Below are positions 10,150 through 19,144 of a DNA stretch of 64,000 bases, piece after piece. The stretch is from the IMG/VR virus record IMGVR_UViG_3300027719_000270; one strand, written 5' to 3'. A program made the translations under genes and the position numbers. Every line of letters begins with the position of its first letter. Positions within the stretch are counted from its first letter, which is position 1. Source of the stretch: an uncultured virus (IMG/VR IMGVR_UViG_3300027719_000270) (lineage: Duplodnaviria > Heunggongvirae > Uroviricota > Caudoviricetes). Under the pieces are notes generated by a model. That model was not told where the DNA came from and did not search any database. It was given only the letters and a program-made list of their open reading frames with translations.

Positions 10150-11942
10150 ATTTCATCGACGCGCTTGCGGGCGTCTTTAAACCGCGTCCGGAGCAAAGCG
10201 TTGTCGATTGGGCGGAGGGGCAGTATTCACTCTCTACGATAGCCAGCGGCACGGCGGGGCGCTACTCGACATCCATCACGCCATATGTGCGCGAAATCAT
10301 CAACCTGTTTTCGGACTTTGAAGTCGAGCGTGTGGTCAAATGCTTCGGGGCCCAGACGGCCAAGACGCAAAGCGACATGGCGGGGCTTGGGTGGTTCTTG
10401 GCGCATGAGCCCTCTCCGGCAATGTGGGTTATGCCCAATAAGCAGCTTGCCGCAGCTTTCAGTGAATCACGCTTGCAGCCGTTTTTGTTTTCATCGCCCG
10501 ACATTCAGGAGCTAAAGCCGAAAAGCCGTTTCGCAATCAAAAAGACGGAGATGAATTTTGACTCCTGCATATTGACGCTTGTGGGTTCCAATTCCCCCGC
10601 GAATCTTTCAAGTCGCCCCGTGCGGCTGCTTATCCTTGACGAGGTTGACAAATTCAAGCAGCAGACATCTCGCGAAGCCAACGCGATTGCGCTTGCCATA
10701 CAGCGCACCCGCACTTTTGCGGAGCCTAAAATTTTGATGAGCTCGACGCCCACAATTTGGGACGGTGAGATTTGGCAAGAATTTTTAAACGGCGATCAAC
10801 GCCGTTGGTTTGTGCCGTGCCCGTTTTGCGGCGAGCATATTGTCTTAACGCTCAACCCCGATAAGAGCGCCTTTAAAAAGCGCGGCTATGAAGCCAAGCT
10901 TTGTTGGGACCCTGCCGCAAAGCGCCCAAACGGAGAATGGGATAAGGAAATGGTTGCGAAGACCGCTCATTTTGAATGCCCCCATTGCAAAGGCAAGATT
11001 ACCGAGCGCTACAAAATGCAGATGAATAGGGGCGGACAATGGCGCCCAACAAATGCAGATTATTGCGACCCCAAAGTTCGCAGCTACCACCTGCCCACGT
11101 TTTACGCCCCTTGGAAGCAAGCAGGTTGGGGCGTCTTGGCCAATGAGTTTTTAAAGGCTAAGAAAAGTCTCGACGGTCTCAGAGACTATCTCAACTCCGT
11201 ATGCGCAGAGCCTGACATGGGGCAGTATGAAGGCGGAAGCGCGGCACATAAAGAGCTTGTCATCGCCGAAGTTTCAGAAGCCGCGCCAAAGGGTTCTGCG
11301 CGTATCATGACTGTAGACGTCCAGAAAGACCACTTTTGGTTTGTGATTAGGGAATGGCAAGCGAGCGGCGCAAGTATCTTGTTGCGCTGGGGGCGCGCCG
11401 ACAGCTACGAAGACCTGCGCGAGCAGGAGCAGAAATCCGACGTTAAGTTTGTGGGTTTAGACAGCGGCTTTGAGGCCGCTGAGGTTTATGCCGAATGCGC
11501 GCGTTACGGTTGGTTTGCATGCCGCGGCGATATTCGCGAAACATGGCCAAATAAAAAGCGCGTGCAGGTGCCCTACAACATCAGGGTGTTTGACCCTATG
11601 ATAGGCACAAAAGAGCAGGGCAAAAAAAACATCGCTGAACTGCGGTGGAGCAATCCGCGCATAAAAGACACGCTGGCCCGTCTGCGCGATAGAGATACGG
11701 CACCCGTGCCGTGGGGTGTCGCAAAAGAATATGCGACGGATGAATATTTCAGGCATCTCGACGGCGAGTATAAGCGGCGCGTGGCCGACCCGAGGACGGG
11801 CAAAGTGTCTCAGCAATGGGTGTTGCGCAATTCGCGATGGCCAAACCACATCTTCGACTGCGAATGCATGAGTATAGCGGTTGCAATGTATTTAGGATTT
11901 TTAAAAGCGACAGAAACAACAAAGAGCAAGGATTCAAAATGA
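10128..11942 (+). CDS. Terminase large subunit, lambda GpA family
   Basis: 'TPYVREI', Walker A 'GAQTAKT', Walker B 'LLILDEVD', 'SSTPT', 'GDQRRWFVPCPFCG', nuclease 'MTVDVQ', 'NHIFDC'. Confidence 0.93.
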   Translation: MRKAQKVDFIDALAGVFKPRPEQSVVDWAEGQYSLSTIASGTAGRYSTSITPYVREIINLFSDFEVERVVKCFGAQTAKTQSDMAGLGWFLAHEPSPAMWVMPNKQLAAAFSESRLQPFLFSSPDIQELKPKSRFAIKKTEMNFDSCILTLVGSNSPANLSSRPVRLLILDEVDKFKQQTSREANAIALAIQRTRTFAEPKILMSSTPTIWDGEIWQEFLNGDQRRWFVPCPFCGEHIVLTLNPDKSAFKKRGYEAKLCWDPAAKRPNGEWDKEMVAKTAHFECPHCKGKITERYKMQMNRGGQWRPTNADYCDPKVRSYHLPTFYAPWKQAGWGVLANEFLKAKKSLDGLRDYLNSVCAEPDMGQYEGGSAAHKELVIAEVSEAAPKGSARIMTVDVQKDHFWFVIREWQASGASILLRWGRADSYEDLREQEQKSDVKFVGLDSGFEAAEVYAECARYGWFACRGDIRETWPNKKRVQVPYNIRVFDPMIGTKEQGKKNIAELRWSNPRIKDTLARLRDRDTAPVPWGVAKEYATDEYFRHLDGEYKRRVADPRTGKVSQQWVLRNSRWPNHIFDCECMSIAVAMYLGFLKATETTKSKDSK

Positions 11943-12172
11943 AATTCGGAGAAAAACTTTTAAGCGTAAGCGAGCTTGCGGCGGAAATAGGGCGCTGCCC
12001 GACTTATATTTATAAATTAAAAAAAATGGGCGCACCCGTATTTGGTGGGTCTGGATATGTGAGCGAAATTATTGAGTTCATTCGACAGACCGACGCGCGG
12101 CCTTTTTCAAAAACTTCAAAAAACTTCAAAAAATTAGAAAAAACTAGAAAAAACTCCAATGCGGGAAAATAA
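11939..12172 (+). CDS. Small HTH DNA-binding protein (excisionase/AlpA-like)
   Basis: 'LLSVSELAAEIGRCPTYIYKLKKMG'; ATGA overlap with the terminase stop. Confidence 0.55.
   Translation: MKFGEKLLSVSELAAEIGRCPTYIYKLKKMGAPVFGGSGYVSEIIEFIRQTDARPFSKTSKNFKKLEKTRKNSNAGK
12111..12160 (+). repeat. Five degenerate 10-bp tandem units with phased A-tracts
   Basis: aaacttcaaa aaacttcaaa aaattagaaa aaactagaaa aaactccaat. Confidence 0.75.
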
Positions 12173-12196
12173 AAAATCGCTTATGATGGGGCTCAC

Positions 12197-12565
12197 ATGG
12201 GGAACCTGTCATCGAAATACAAAAGAATCTTCCTGCGCAACATTGCTTGGAGCGCAGAAGATAATGCCGTATCCCTGTCTTTGGCGCTTAAGCAAGCCGC
12301 GCAAAGCCGCTTAAAGTCATCGTCAAGCGGCCTTTATTTGACGGGCACAAGCGCAAATGGCGCAAGCGTAAATTATTCCATCCCGCCGAGCGGCGATGCA
12401 ACCCCCACGTCCATTGCCGAGCTTTGCGGAGAATTGATTGACCTGTTTGAAGCGGTCAAGGCCGCGCATTCAGATGCTGATGACGAAACGCTTTTGCGCT
12501 ACATGCTTAATCGCATCGTAAGCGTAAAATCGTATTGTTCCAACTTTGGAGGGCTTGTAAGATGA
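12197..12565 (+). CDS. Putative head-to-tail adaptor (gpW position)
   Basis: Between GpA-type terminase and lambda-type portal; called by position only. Confidence 0.45.
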   Translation: MGNLSSKYKRIFLRNIAWSAEDNAVSLSLALKQAAQSRLKSSSSGLYLTGTSANGASVNYSIPPSGDATPTSIAELCGELIDLFEAVKAAHSDADDETLLRYMLNRIVSVKSYCSNFGGLVR

Positions 12566-13950
12566 CGCTCTTCGGCAATTTCTTCAAGCGCGTCAAGGCG
12601 TCTTATCAGGCGGTTAAAGAGGGCGTCTCTCGCTCAATAATTGCGAACCCCGTTCAAAATTCAACGCGCGACAACACCGCATGGACGCGTAAAAAACTCA
12701 TTTCAAAGAGCAGATATTTTTATGAAAACTCGCCGATCTATACACTGATAATTGAGCGCCTTGTGGCCTTCACAATAGGCTCGGGGCTTAGTGTAAGCCC
12801 CAAGACGGATGACGATGAATTTAATAAAGCCGCCGCCGCAGTTTGGGCGGATTGGTGTAAAGACCCCGACATTACAAGCGAACTTGATTTTACGGCCTTG
12901 CAGGGCATTATCTGCCGCTCGATATTCATAGACGGCGATTGCCTGACCGTAAAGGTTTTGGACGGCGGTGCCCCCAGGCTGCAATGTTTTGAGTCTCATG
13001 CGGTCGCAAAAAATCTTGGGCTGTCATGGCTCAAGCCCGACGGCGTTGAGCTTGACCCGCTCGGCAGGGTCTTAGGCTACCACGTAATGCTTGATGAAAC
13101 AAAACCCTACAGCACCGTCCTTGTCGATTTAAACGACTGCATACTTCACTCATTCCCCAAACGCCTCAACCAGTATCGCGGCGTTCCCGTGGCCTCATCG
13201 GCGCTCATCACAATGCATGATATTGATGACGTCATCGAATATGAAAAAATGTCCGTCAAAGAGCTATCGGCGCGTGCCCTTGCCGTTAAGCGCGTAGGCG
13301 GCGAAGACGATGAAAACCCCATCAACGCGCTTAAGGGAAACAGCGATGAAGGAATGACGGTTGAAGAAAGCAAAAAATATTACGAAGAGCTTTCAAAAGA
13401 GTGCGCAGCCGACCGTTCAAAAATAATGGTTTTGAATACAAGCGATGACCTTGTGGAGCTTCAAAATAACAGACCGAGCCCCGCATGGCAGGGCTTTATG
13501 CAGCTTCTGATTGAGAGCTGCTGCCACTCAACCGCCATAGCTCCGTCGGTAATTTTGGGCAACAAAGTGGGGGGTGCCGATACCCGCCGAGACCTTATGA
13601 CAGCCGAGCGCGTAATCTCGAAATGGCAGAGCATGATAAGCCGCCAGTTTCAAGAAATTTACGAATTCGTAATCGGCTTTAATATTGCGAAGGGCGTCAT
13701 CAAAAACGCCCCCGCAAATTGGCGCAAAACAAAATGGCAATTCCCGCCCAAGGCGAGCGTGGACGCTGGGCGTGACGGTAATAACGATCGCTCGGACGTG
13801 GAAGCGGGGCTTATGTCCCGCGAACAGCATTACGCAAGGCGCGGCCTTGATTGGCGTTCTGAGCTTGCGCAAATAGCCCGCGAAGAAAAAGAGATGCAGG
13901 ATTTGCGCCTCAAAATGGGTTTATCCCCAAAAGAAAAGGAAACGGTATGA
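12562..13950 (+). CDS. Portal protein, lambda family
   Basis: 'SRYFYENSP', 'GSGL', 'DGVELD..GRVLGYHV', 'QYRGVP', 'GLMSREQHYARRGLDW'. Confidence 0.9.
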   Translation: MTLFGNFFKRVKASYQAVKEGVSRSIIANPVQNSTRDNTAWTRKKLISKSRYFYENSPIYTLIIERLVAFTIGSGLSVSPKTDDDEFNKAAAAVWADWCKDPDITSELDFTALQGIICRSIFIDGDCLTVKVLDGGAPRLQCFESHAVAKNLGLSWLKPDGVELDPLGRVLGYHVMLDETKPYSTVLVDLNDCILHSFPKRLNQYRGVPVASSALITMHDIDDVIEYEKMSVKELSARALAVKRVGGEDDENPINALKGNSDEGMTVEESKKYYEELSKECAADRSKIMVLNTSDDLVELQNNRPSPAWQGFMQLLIESCCHSTAIAPSVILGNKVGGADTRRDLMTAERVISKWQSMISRQFQEIYEFVIGFNIAKGVIKNAPANWRKTKWQFPPKASVDAGRDGNNDRSDVEAGLMSREQHYARRGLDWRSELAQIAREEKEMQDLRLKMGLSPKEKETV

Positions 13951-14876
13951 AAGATTTTTTAAAGGCAAAGTTCAGCGCAGTCAAAGCCCTACAAGACTCA
14001 GCGGCTCCAGACAATATTGAATATCTACCGGCTGGCGAGCACGTAGCTTACTGCACATTGAACGACTTCCCCGTAGAGCTGAAAGTGGTCATCACAGAAG
14101 AGACCGCAAAGGTTTTACAGGGGAGCCTTGCCGAAGTTTTAGAGCTCTTTAACAAGGGCGAGATTTCGCGCCCCTTCGTGGATTTTGACCATCTCGGCGG
14201 ACGCGCCGCAGCTTTTCCCGAGTCAATATATTGGGAAGACGGTGTAAGGCTCAAACTCTCTTGGACAAGGGCGGGCAAAGAGGCCGTAGAAAATAAGGAG
14301 TATTCGTATTTTTCGCCCGAATTTTTTGTGGACAAAGAAACTTTTGAAGTGAGGGGCGTTAATTGGCCGGGCGCGATAGGCGCGCTTTGCAACATCCCCG
14401 CGTTTCAAACAATCGAAAAAATAGCGGCAACGCTTAACCCGAAAGGAACAACCACCATGACCGAAGAAGAAAAAAAGAAAATGGAGGAACTTGAGACCTC
14501 TGTAAAAGACAAGGATGCGGAAATCGCGGCGCTCAAGGCTGCCGATGCCGAAAAGGACAAGGCGGCTTCCGACGCAAAAACCGCCGCAGAAACCGAAAAG
14601 CAAAAGGCGGAGGCCGCCCGCAAGGCAAGCATAGAGACGTCTGTCGATTTGCTCATCGCCGCCAAGCGCGTAAAGCCCGAGGGCAAAGACGCCCTTGTCA
14701 ACGCCGCAATGGCCACCGCAGACGGCGGCAAGGCGCTGTTTGCCGCAATTCCCGACGCCGCCCCCGGGCGCGCCCCGATTCAGGCCAAGCAGACCGATGA
14801 CGCCGACGCCAAGAAGGCGGACGGTATCGCGCGCGCGGCTGCGGGCTTCAACAAACAACTTAAAGCAAAGGAATAA
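13947..14876 (+). CDS. Mu gpI-like prohead protease with C-terminal scaffold
   Basis: 'VDFDH', 'WT..GKEAV...EYSYFSPEF', 'ALCNIPAF' protease motifs; Ala/Lys-rich helical tail. Confidence 0.85.
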   Translation: MKDFLKAKFSAVKALQDSAAPDNIEYLPAGEHVAYCTLNDFPVELKVVITEETAKVLQGSLAEVLELFNKGEISRPFVDFDHLGGRAAAFPESIYWEDGVRLKLSWTRAGKEAVENKEYSYFSPEFFVDKETFEVRGVNWPGAIGALCNIPAFQTIEKIAATLNPKGTTTMTEEEKKKMEELETSVKDKDAEIAALKAADAEKDKAASDAKTAAETEKQKAEAARKASIETSVDLLIAAKRVKPEGKDALVNAAMATADGGKALFAAIPDAAPGRAPIQAKQTDDADAKKADGIARAAAGFNKQLKAKE

Positions 14877-14878
14877 CC

Positions 14879-15799
14879 ATGCCCAGAGAAGTAATCAACA
14901 TGTTAGATGCCGCAAAGCTTGAGGGCAACGACATCTCGATTGGAATCATCGACGAGGCAATCAAGAATTGCCCCGAAATTCAGGAACTCCCGTTCCTTTC
15001 AATACCTGACACAAAGTTCAAGTATTTGCGCTTAAACAAATACCCGCACGGCGCGTTCAGGAATATCAACGAAGGCGTTGCGGCCTCAAAGTGGGACGGC
15101 GAACAGGCCGAGTGCGAATGCTTCCCCTATCAGTCGGACATCGAGGTTGACTCAATGCTTGTCAGCAAAGACAAATCCAACCTCGGCGACCTGCTGGCTA
15201 TAAACGGCTCAACGCTGTTGCAGGGCGACTTCATCAACCTTGCCGAGCAAATATACTACGGCACAGACCCCAAGGGCTTCCGAGGGCTTACGCAGCTTTG
15301 CAAAAGCGGCATGAAAGTAAGCATGGGCGGCACCGGCAACACCAAGAGCTCCGTTTGGTTTGTCCACAGGGGCCCGCACGGCGTGGGTCTTCGCGGGGGC
15401 AAGGGCAGCTCGCTCACGCTTGACGAAGTGCGCTACACCAAAAAGTATGAAGACGATAAGTCGCATTGGGTATATTCTTGCGGCATGGAAGCTTGGCTCG
15501 GTCTTTATGTCGGCCACACGCTTTCTATCGGCTGCGTAAACAACGTAACGCCCACCACGGGCTTAACGCAAAAGAAGATGGCGGAACTACTCTCAAAGTT
15601 CCCCCGCGCGGGCAAGCCCGACGCCATATTTATGAATCCGCAGACCCATCAAATGTGGCTCGAAGAGCGCGCCAAGGTGGGTCAGTTGGTTGCGGGGGCT
15701 GCAACCGCGCAGTTTACCACCGCTTACGAAAACGCGAACGTGGACAACTTTATGGGCATACCCGTATTTACCACGGACGCAATCCGCAACGACGAATAA
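14879..15799 (+). CDS. Major capsid protein (HK97 fold)
   Basis: 'FRNINEGV', 'YYGTDPKGFRGL', 'PDAIFMN', 'FMGIPVFTTDAI'; follows the protease. Confidence 0.85.
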   Translation: MPREVINMLDAAKLEGNDISIGIIDEAIKNCPEIQELPFLSIPDTKFKYLRLNKYPHGAFRNINEGVAASKWDGEQAECECFPYQSDIEVDSMLVSKDKSNLGDLLAINGSTLLQGDFINLAEQIYYGTDPKGFRGLTQLCKSGMKVSMGGTGNTKSSVWFVHRGPHGVGLRGGKGSSLTLDEVRYTKKYEDDKSHWVYSCGMEAWLGLYVGHTLSIGCVNNVTPTTGLTQKKMAELLSKFPRAGKPDAIFMNPQTHQMWLEERAKVGQLVAGAATAQFTTAYENANVDNFMGIPVFTTDAIRNDE

Positions 15800-15813
15800 G
15801 GAAAGGTTTAAAA

Positions 15814-16200
15814 ATGTTTAAAGGCAGAAAAGATTCAAACCTCATCGCAGAAGCGGCATTGCCCGCCGATGCAAATGCGGTATCAACCGCCGCGCTCGAT
15901 TTGCAAAGCGCGCACCAGAACTTAGAGCTTGAGGTAGCCGCAGAGGCCACCACGGCTCTTGTCGCAACAAAAAAGATTGTCATAGCCGTGCAAGAAAGCG
16001 CGGATAATGACAGCTTTGCCGCCGCCCCTTGGGCACCCTCGCTCACGCTTACGGGCAAGACGGGCAACGGTTCTGACGCGCTTACCCAGCGCATAGGCAT
16101 ACCCACCACGGCGTTGCGCTACATCAAGCTTGTGGCCACGCCCGAAGCTTCCGGCGGCGACTGCTCCGCGTCAACATTAACCTTAGCTGCTGTGTTCTAG
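15814..16200 (+). CDS. Capsid cement/decoration protein (Bbp16-like)
   Basis: 128 aa, beta-rich, 'STAALDL', 'VQESADN', 'LRYIKL'; follows the capsid gene; SD GGAAAGG. Confidence 0.6.
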   Translation: MFKGRKDSNLIAEAALPADANAVSTAALDLQSAHQNLELEVAAEATTALVATKKIVIAVQESADNDSFAAAPWAPSLTLTGKTGNGSDALTQRIGIPTTALRYIKLVATPEASGGDCSASTLTLAAVF

Positions 16201-16218
16201 GCTATGTTTGTATGTGGG

Positions 16219-16256
16219 GAGGGGCGGTAGGCAAACCCCGCCGCCCCTCTCTTTAA
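16219..16256 (+). terminator. Rho-independent terminator-like hairpin after the head genes
   Basis: gaggggcgg...ccgcccctc stem followed by tcttt. Confidence 0.6.
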
Positions 16257-16262
16257 AAAAAT

Positions 16263-17102
16263 ATGAGCTACACGGGCACAGATGCGCTTAAAAAGTTCAA
16301 CGATACGTTGAATGAATATGCGTTGCAAAGCAAGAAGAACGCCGCCGAAATTGTTATACAAAAAGGCGAACAACTCATCTTGGGGATGTCCGGGTCTTTT
16401 GACGGCGCATATCAGCGCTTTGAGAGATTGGCGCCCAAGCGCGGCTCAATTTTTCAAGAGCGCATCGGGCTTATACGCCGAGAAGGTATATTTGTAAAAG
16501 GCCGTGCGGCAAGTGCCGCATCAAGCATTTTAAAGGGCAGCAAAAGCGGGCTTTTTAACATATCGGGCGGTGATGGAAGCGCGCTGCGCATTACCCCCAT
16601 TTACATAGGAACAAAGGGCAAAAAGAAGGGCTTGCGCATTTACGGAAAGGCCAAGAACAAAGAGCTTGCCGGCGCAAGTCTTAAGAAAGATTTGGGCGGC
16701 ATTGTTTTAAATTCTCAAGCCCTTAAAGCGGCTTATGAGCTTAAGTATCGCGAGGCTGCGCGGCGCTACTCGGCAGTCGCCTTTCTTGATAAGTTTTATA
16801 AAAAATTCTGTGGGATGTTGCGTCGCAAATACGGGGGCTCCGGCTCAAAGCGCAGATACACGCAGACGGGCAAAGAATATGTCAACTATGCAAATAAATC
16901 GGGCACATCTTTATCTCATGCAATAGCCAACTTTCAAGACGGAGGCGCGGAATTTCGGCTTAGGGTATTTACTTCAACCATGAAGAAGCCTGGAGCGCGC
17001 AGAATTTTAGACAGGGTTTTGAGCGACGTAACAAAAGACATGAGGCAATACATAAACCGCAAACAGGCGGAGGCCGCACAGAAAGCGGGGTTAAAGAAAT
17101 GA
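16263..17102 (+). CDS. Putative neck/tail-completion protein (very basic)
   Basis: Position between head and tail genes; Lys/Arg-rich. Confidence 0.4.
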   Translation: MSYTGTDALKKFNDTLNEYALQSKKNAAEIVIQKGEQLILGMSGSFDGAYQRFERLAPKRGSIFQERIGLIRREGIFVKGRAASAASSILKGSKSGLFNISGGDGSALRITPIYIGTKGKKKGLRIYGKAKNKELAGASLKKDLGGIVLNSQALKAAYELKYREAARRYSAVAFLDKFYKKFCGMLRRKYGGSGSKRRYTQTGKEYVNYANKSGTSLSHAIANFQDGGAEFRLRVFTSTMKKPGARRILDRVLSDVTKDMRQYINRKQAEAAQKAGLKK

Positions 17103-17383
17103 ATCATATCGAAGAAGGCTTCAATGCGCTGCTCGAAACGCAAGGCACATCTTGGGTTTGGGGCGGCTTTGAATTTAGGGCGATAGCCCAAAGCGGGCAA
17201 TTTGCCACGGTAAATTTTGCGGACGGAGACCCAAACATTGTTATCTTGCGCGCCTTGCGCTCAGACCTGCCGCTTCTGCCTTCAAAAGGCGACACCATTT
17301 ATAACGCATCGGGGCAGGGGCGGCTTGTTAAGCGCGCCCGCCACATAGATGAAACTTTTTTGGAGATAGAAATAAGTGAGTAA
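17099..17383 (+). CDS. Putative head-tail joining protein
   Basis: 94 aa, 'LPSKGDTI' pattern typical of FII-like proteins; position. Confidence 0.45.
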   Translation: MNHIEEGFNALLETQGTSWVWGGFEFRAIAQSGQFATVNFADGDPNIVILRALRSDLPLLPSKGDTIYNASGQGRLVKRARHIDETFLEIEISE

Positions 17384-17771
17384 ATTAAAAGACATTTTTA
17401 CAGGCGTCAAAGAGGCTCTTACACCCCTAGGCATTCCGCTTGACTACGCCTTTACCGCCGATGTGGTGCGCGATATTCAGGAATATTTTGCGGCGGATGT
17501 CGGCGATGAATTTTTGGTTTTGCAGCTTGAGGGCGCAGGGGCGCGCCACGCCAATGCGTCTTTGCTTTTAAATAACGCGCTTGTTGCGGTTTATTACTGC
17601 TGCACAAGGTCGCGCACCCCAGAGCTTGCGCATTTAGACTCGATAGAGAGCGTTGCCGAAGCTCTGCACCACAAACGCATAGGCGGCCAAACCTTAAAGC
17701 TTTCTGAAGACGCAATCAAGCTTGAGTACAACGATGCCTTTTTGGCATGGCGCATAAATTTCACAATCTAA
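17376..17771 (+). CDS. Putative tail terminator protein
   Basis: Size, position before the tail tube, 'IESVAEALH'. Confidence 0.45.
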   Translation: MSKLKDIFTGVKEALTPLGIPLDYAFTADVVRDIQEYFAADVGDEFLVLQLEGAGARHANASLLLNNALVAVYYCCTRSRTPELAHLDSIESVAEALHHKRIGGQTLKLSEDAIKLEYNDAFLAWRINFTI

Positions 17772-17784
17772 CCAAGGAAAAACC

Positions 17785-18735
17785 ATGAGCGAAAATATTA
17801 TAATAGCAGGCCCCGCTTACGCAGTCCACCAATGGGGCACGGGCGCGGGGCAAACCGCAACCTTTTTATCGCGCGAAGACATCAGCGTTTCGATAGAAAA
17901 AGCAACCAAAGAACGCACCGCAAGCCACATCGGCAAGTTTGATGAAATCCTTTTAAGCGTTAAGGCCGTAATAAAATTTACGCCGCTTGAATGGGACAAT
18001 ATTTCAGCGCTCTTCCCGTGGCTCAATATGACGCGCGGCGCGCAGCTCTTTGGTGCCACAGACCGCTACACCAAGATATATTCGGCGGACGGCAAATGCT
18101 ATACTTTTAAGCGCACCGCCGTCAGCAAGAGCGCGTCCATAAATGCGGGGGTTGAAAAAGACCTGCTCGGCGATGTCGAAATCACGGCGCTTCGCGCAAG
18201 CGGCGCAACGGACTACGATTCCGACAGTGCGCTTTACACGGTTGAAAGCGCAACCTACGCGCCGCCCGCGCTTCAGGATTCAAAGATATTTTCAATTCCC
18301 TACAATATCAAGTATGGCGATGTTTTGCTTGAGAGCGAAGAGGGCATAAGCATAGAGCCGAGCGTGCAGACCACCGAAGTTAAAAATGACAGGGTCGGCA
18401 TTTGGGATATGATATTCGGCGGTGTTGAAATCGTCGCAAAGTTTAAGCCCGTCAACATAACGCAAGCGCAGTATGACGCCATAGCCATACCCACGGGCGG
18501 CGTTAAGCGCGGGCGCAGTCTTAAGTCCCAAGGCAAGACGCTTGAGATTTATGGAGGTGAAGTCGGAGACCCCAAATTCACACTCACTTCCGCCGTATGC
18601 GCGGGCAATCAGACGCTCACATTCTCGGCCACTGCGCAGAGATTCGGAGAATTGGAATTCCGCGCGCTTTCAAGCTCTGCAAGCACCCCCAAGCTTACAA
18701 TAGGCACGGTGGAGGCCGCTCCGGAGGGCGAATAA
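17785..18735 (+). CDS. Major tail tube protein
   Basis: 'IIAGPA' start, two beta-rich halves, position; strong SD AAGGA. Confidence 0.6.
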   Translation: MSENIIIAGPAYAVHQWGTGAGQTATFLSREDISVSIEKATKERTASHIGKFDEILLSVKAVIKFTPLEWDNISALFPWLNMTRGAQLFGATDRYTKIYSADGKCYTFKRTAVSKSASINAGVEKDLLGDVEITALRASGATDYDSDSALYTVESATYAPPALQDSKIFSIPYNIKYGDVLLESEEGISIEPSVQTTEVKNDRVGIWDMIFGGVEIVAKFKPVNITQAQYDAIAIPTGGVKRGRSLKSQGKTLEIYGGEVGDPKFTLTSAVCAGNQTLTFSATAQRFGELEFRALSSSASTPKLTIGTVEAAPEGE

Positions 18736-18738
18736 TCA

Positions 18739-19143
18739 ATGCGTCTTAAGTGCGGACAGTTTTTAATTGCCGACGCTCCCGACTTTTTGGAGGTGGTTTT
18801 GCCTTCCTCTTTAGAGCTCGGGGCGGAGGCAATACGCCCCAAGGGCGCGAAGGATGACATAGTATTGTCTAGAGCAGGGGCGGGGTGCGAATTTTCCGTC
18901 CGCGTCGACAGGCTCTTTGCATCCCTTGAAGATGTGTCTGCATTCAAGTGTCAACATCGCGAAGCCCTCCTTGCCCTTGTGGCAAAAAACGGAGCGAGCT
19001 GGGATGTCGAGGCGCTAGATTATTACGGCCAAAGCTTTTTGGCAAAGGGCGCAAGCCCCCTCGGCTATGAAATTGATGAGGAAGTCGGGGTTTATTTAAG
19101 CATGACCTACAAATTTAAGTCCGCAACTTTTAGCAAAATTTAA
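18739..19143 (+). CDS. Hypothetical tail-module protein
   Basis: Co-oriented ORF within the tail operon. Confidence 0.5.
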   Translation: MRLKCGQFLIADAPDFLEVVLPSSLELGAEAIRPKGAKDDIVLSRAGAGCEFSVRVDRLFASLEDVSAFKCQHREALLALVAKNGASWDVEALDYYGQSFLAKGASPLGYEIDEEVGVYLSMTYKFKSATFSKI

Positions 19144-19144
19144 A

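Noticed and set aside
15466..15813. N-terminal extension of the 244-aa ORF
   Set aside because: Overlaps the capsid gene; the SD-preceded ATG at 15814 is the better start.
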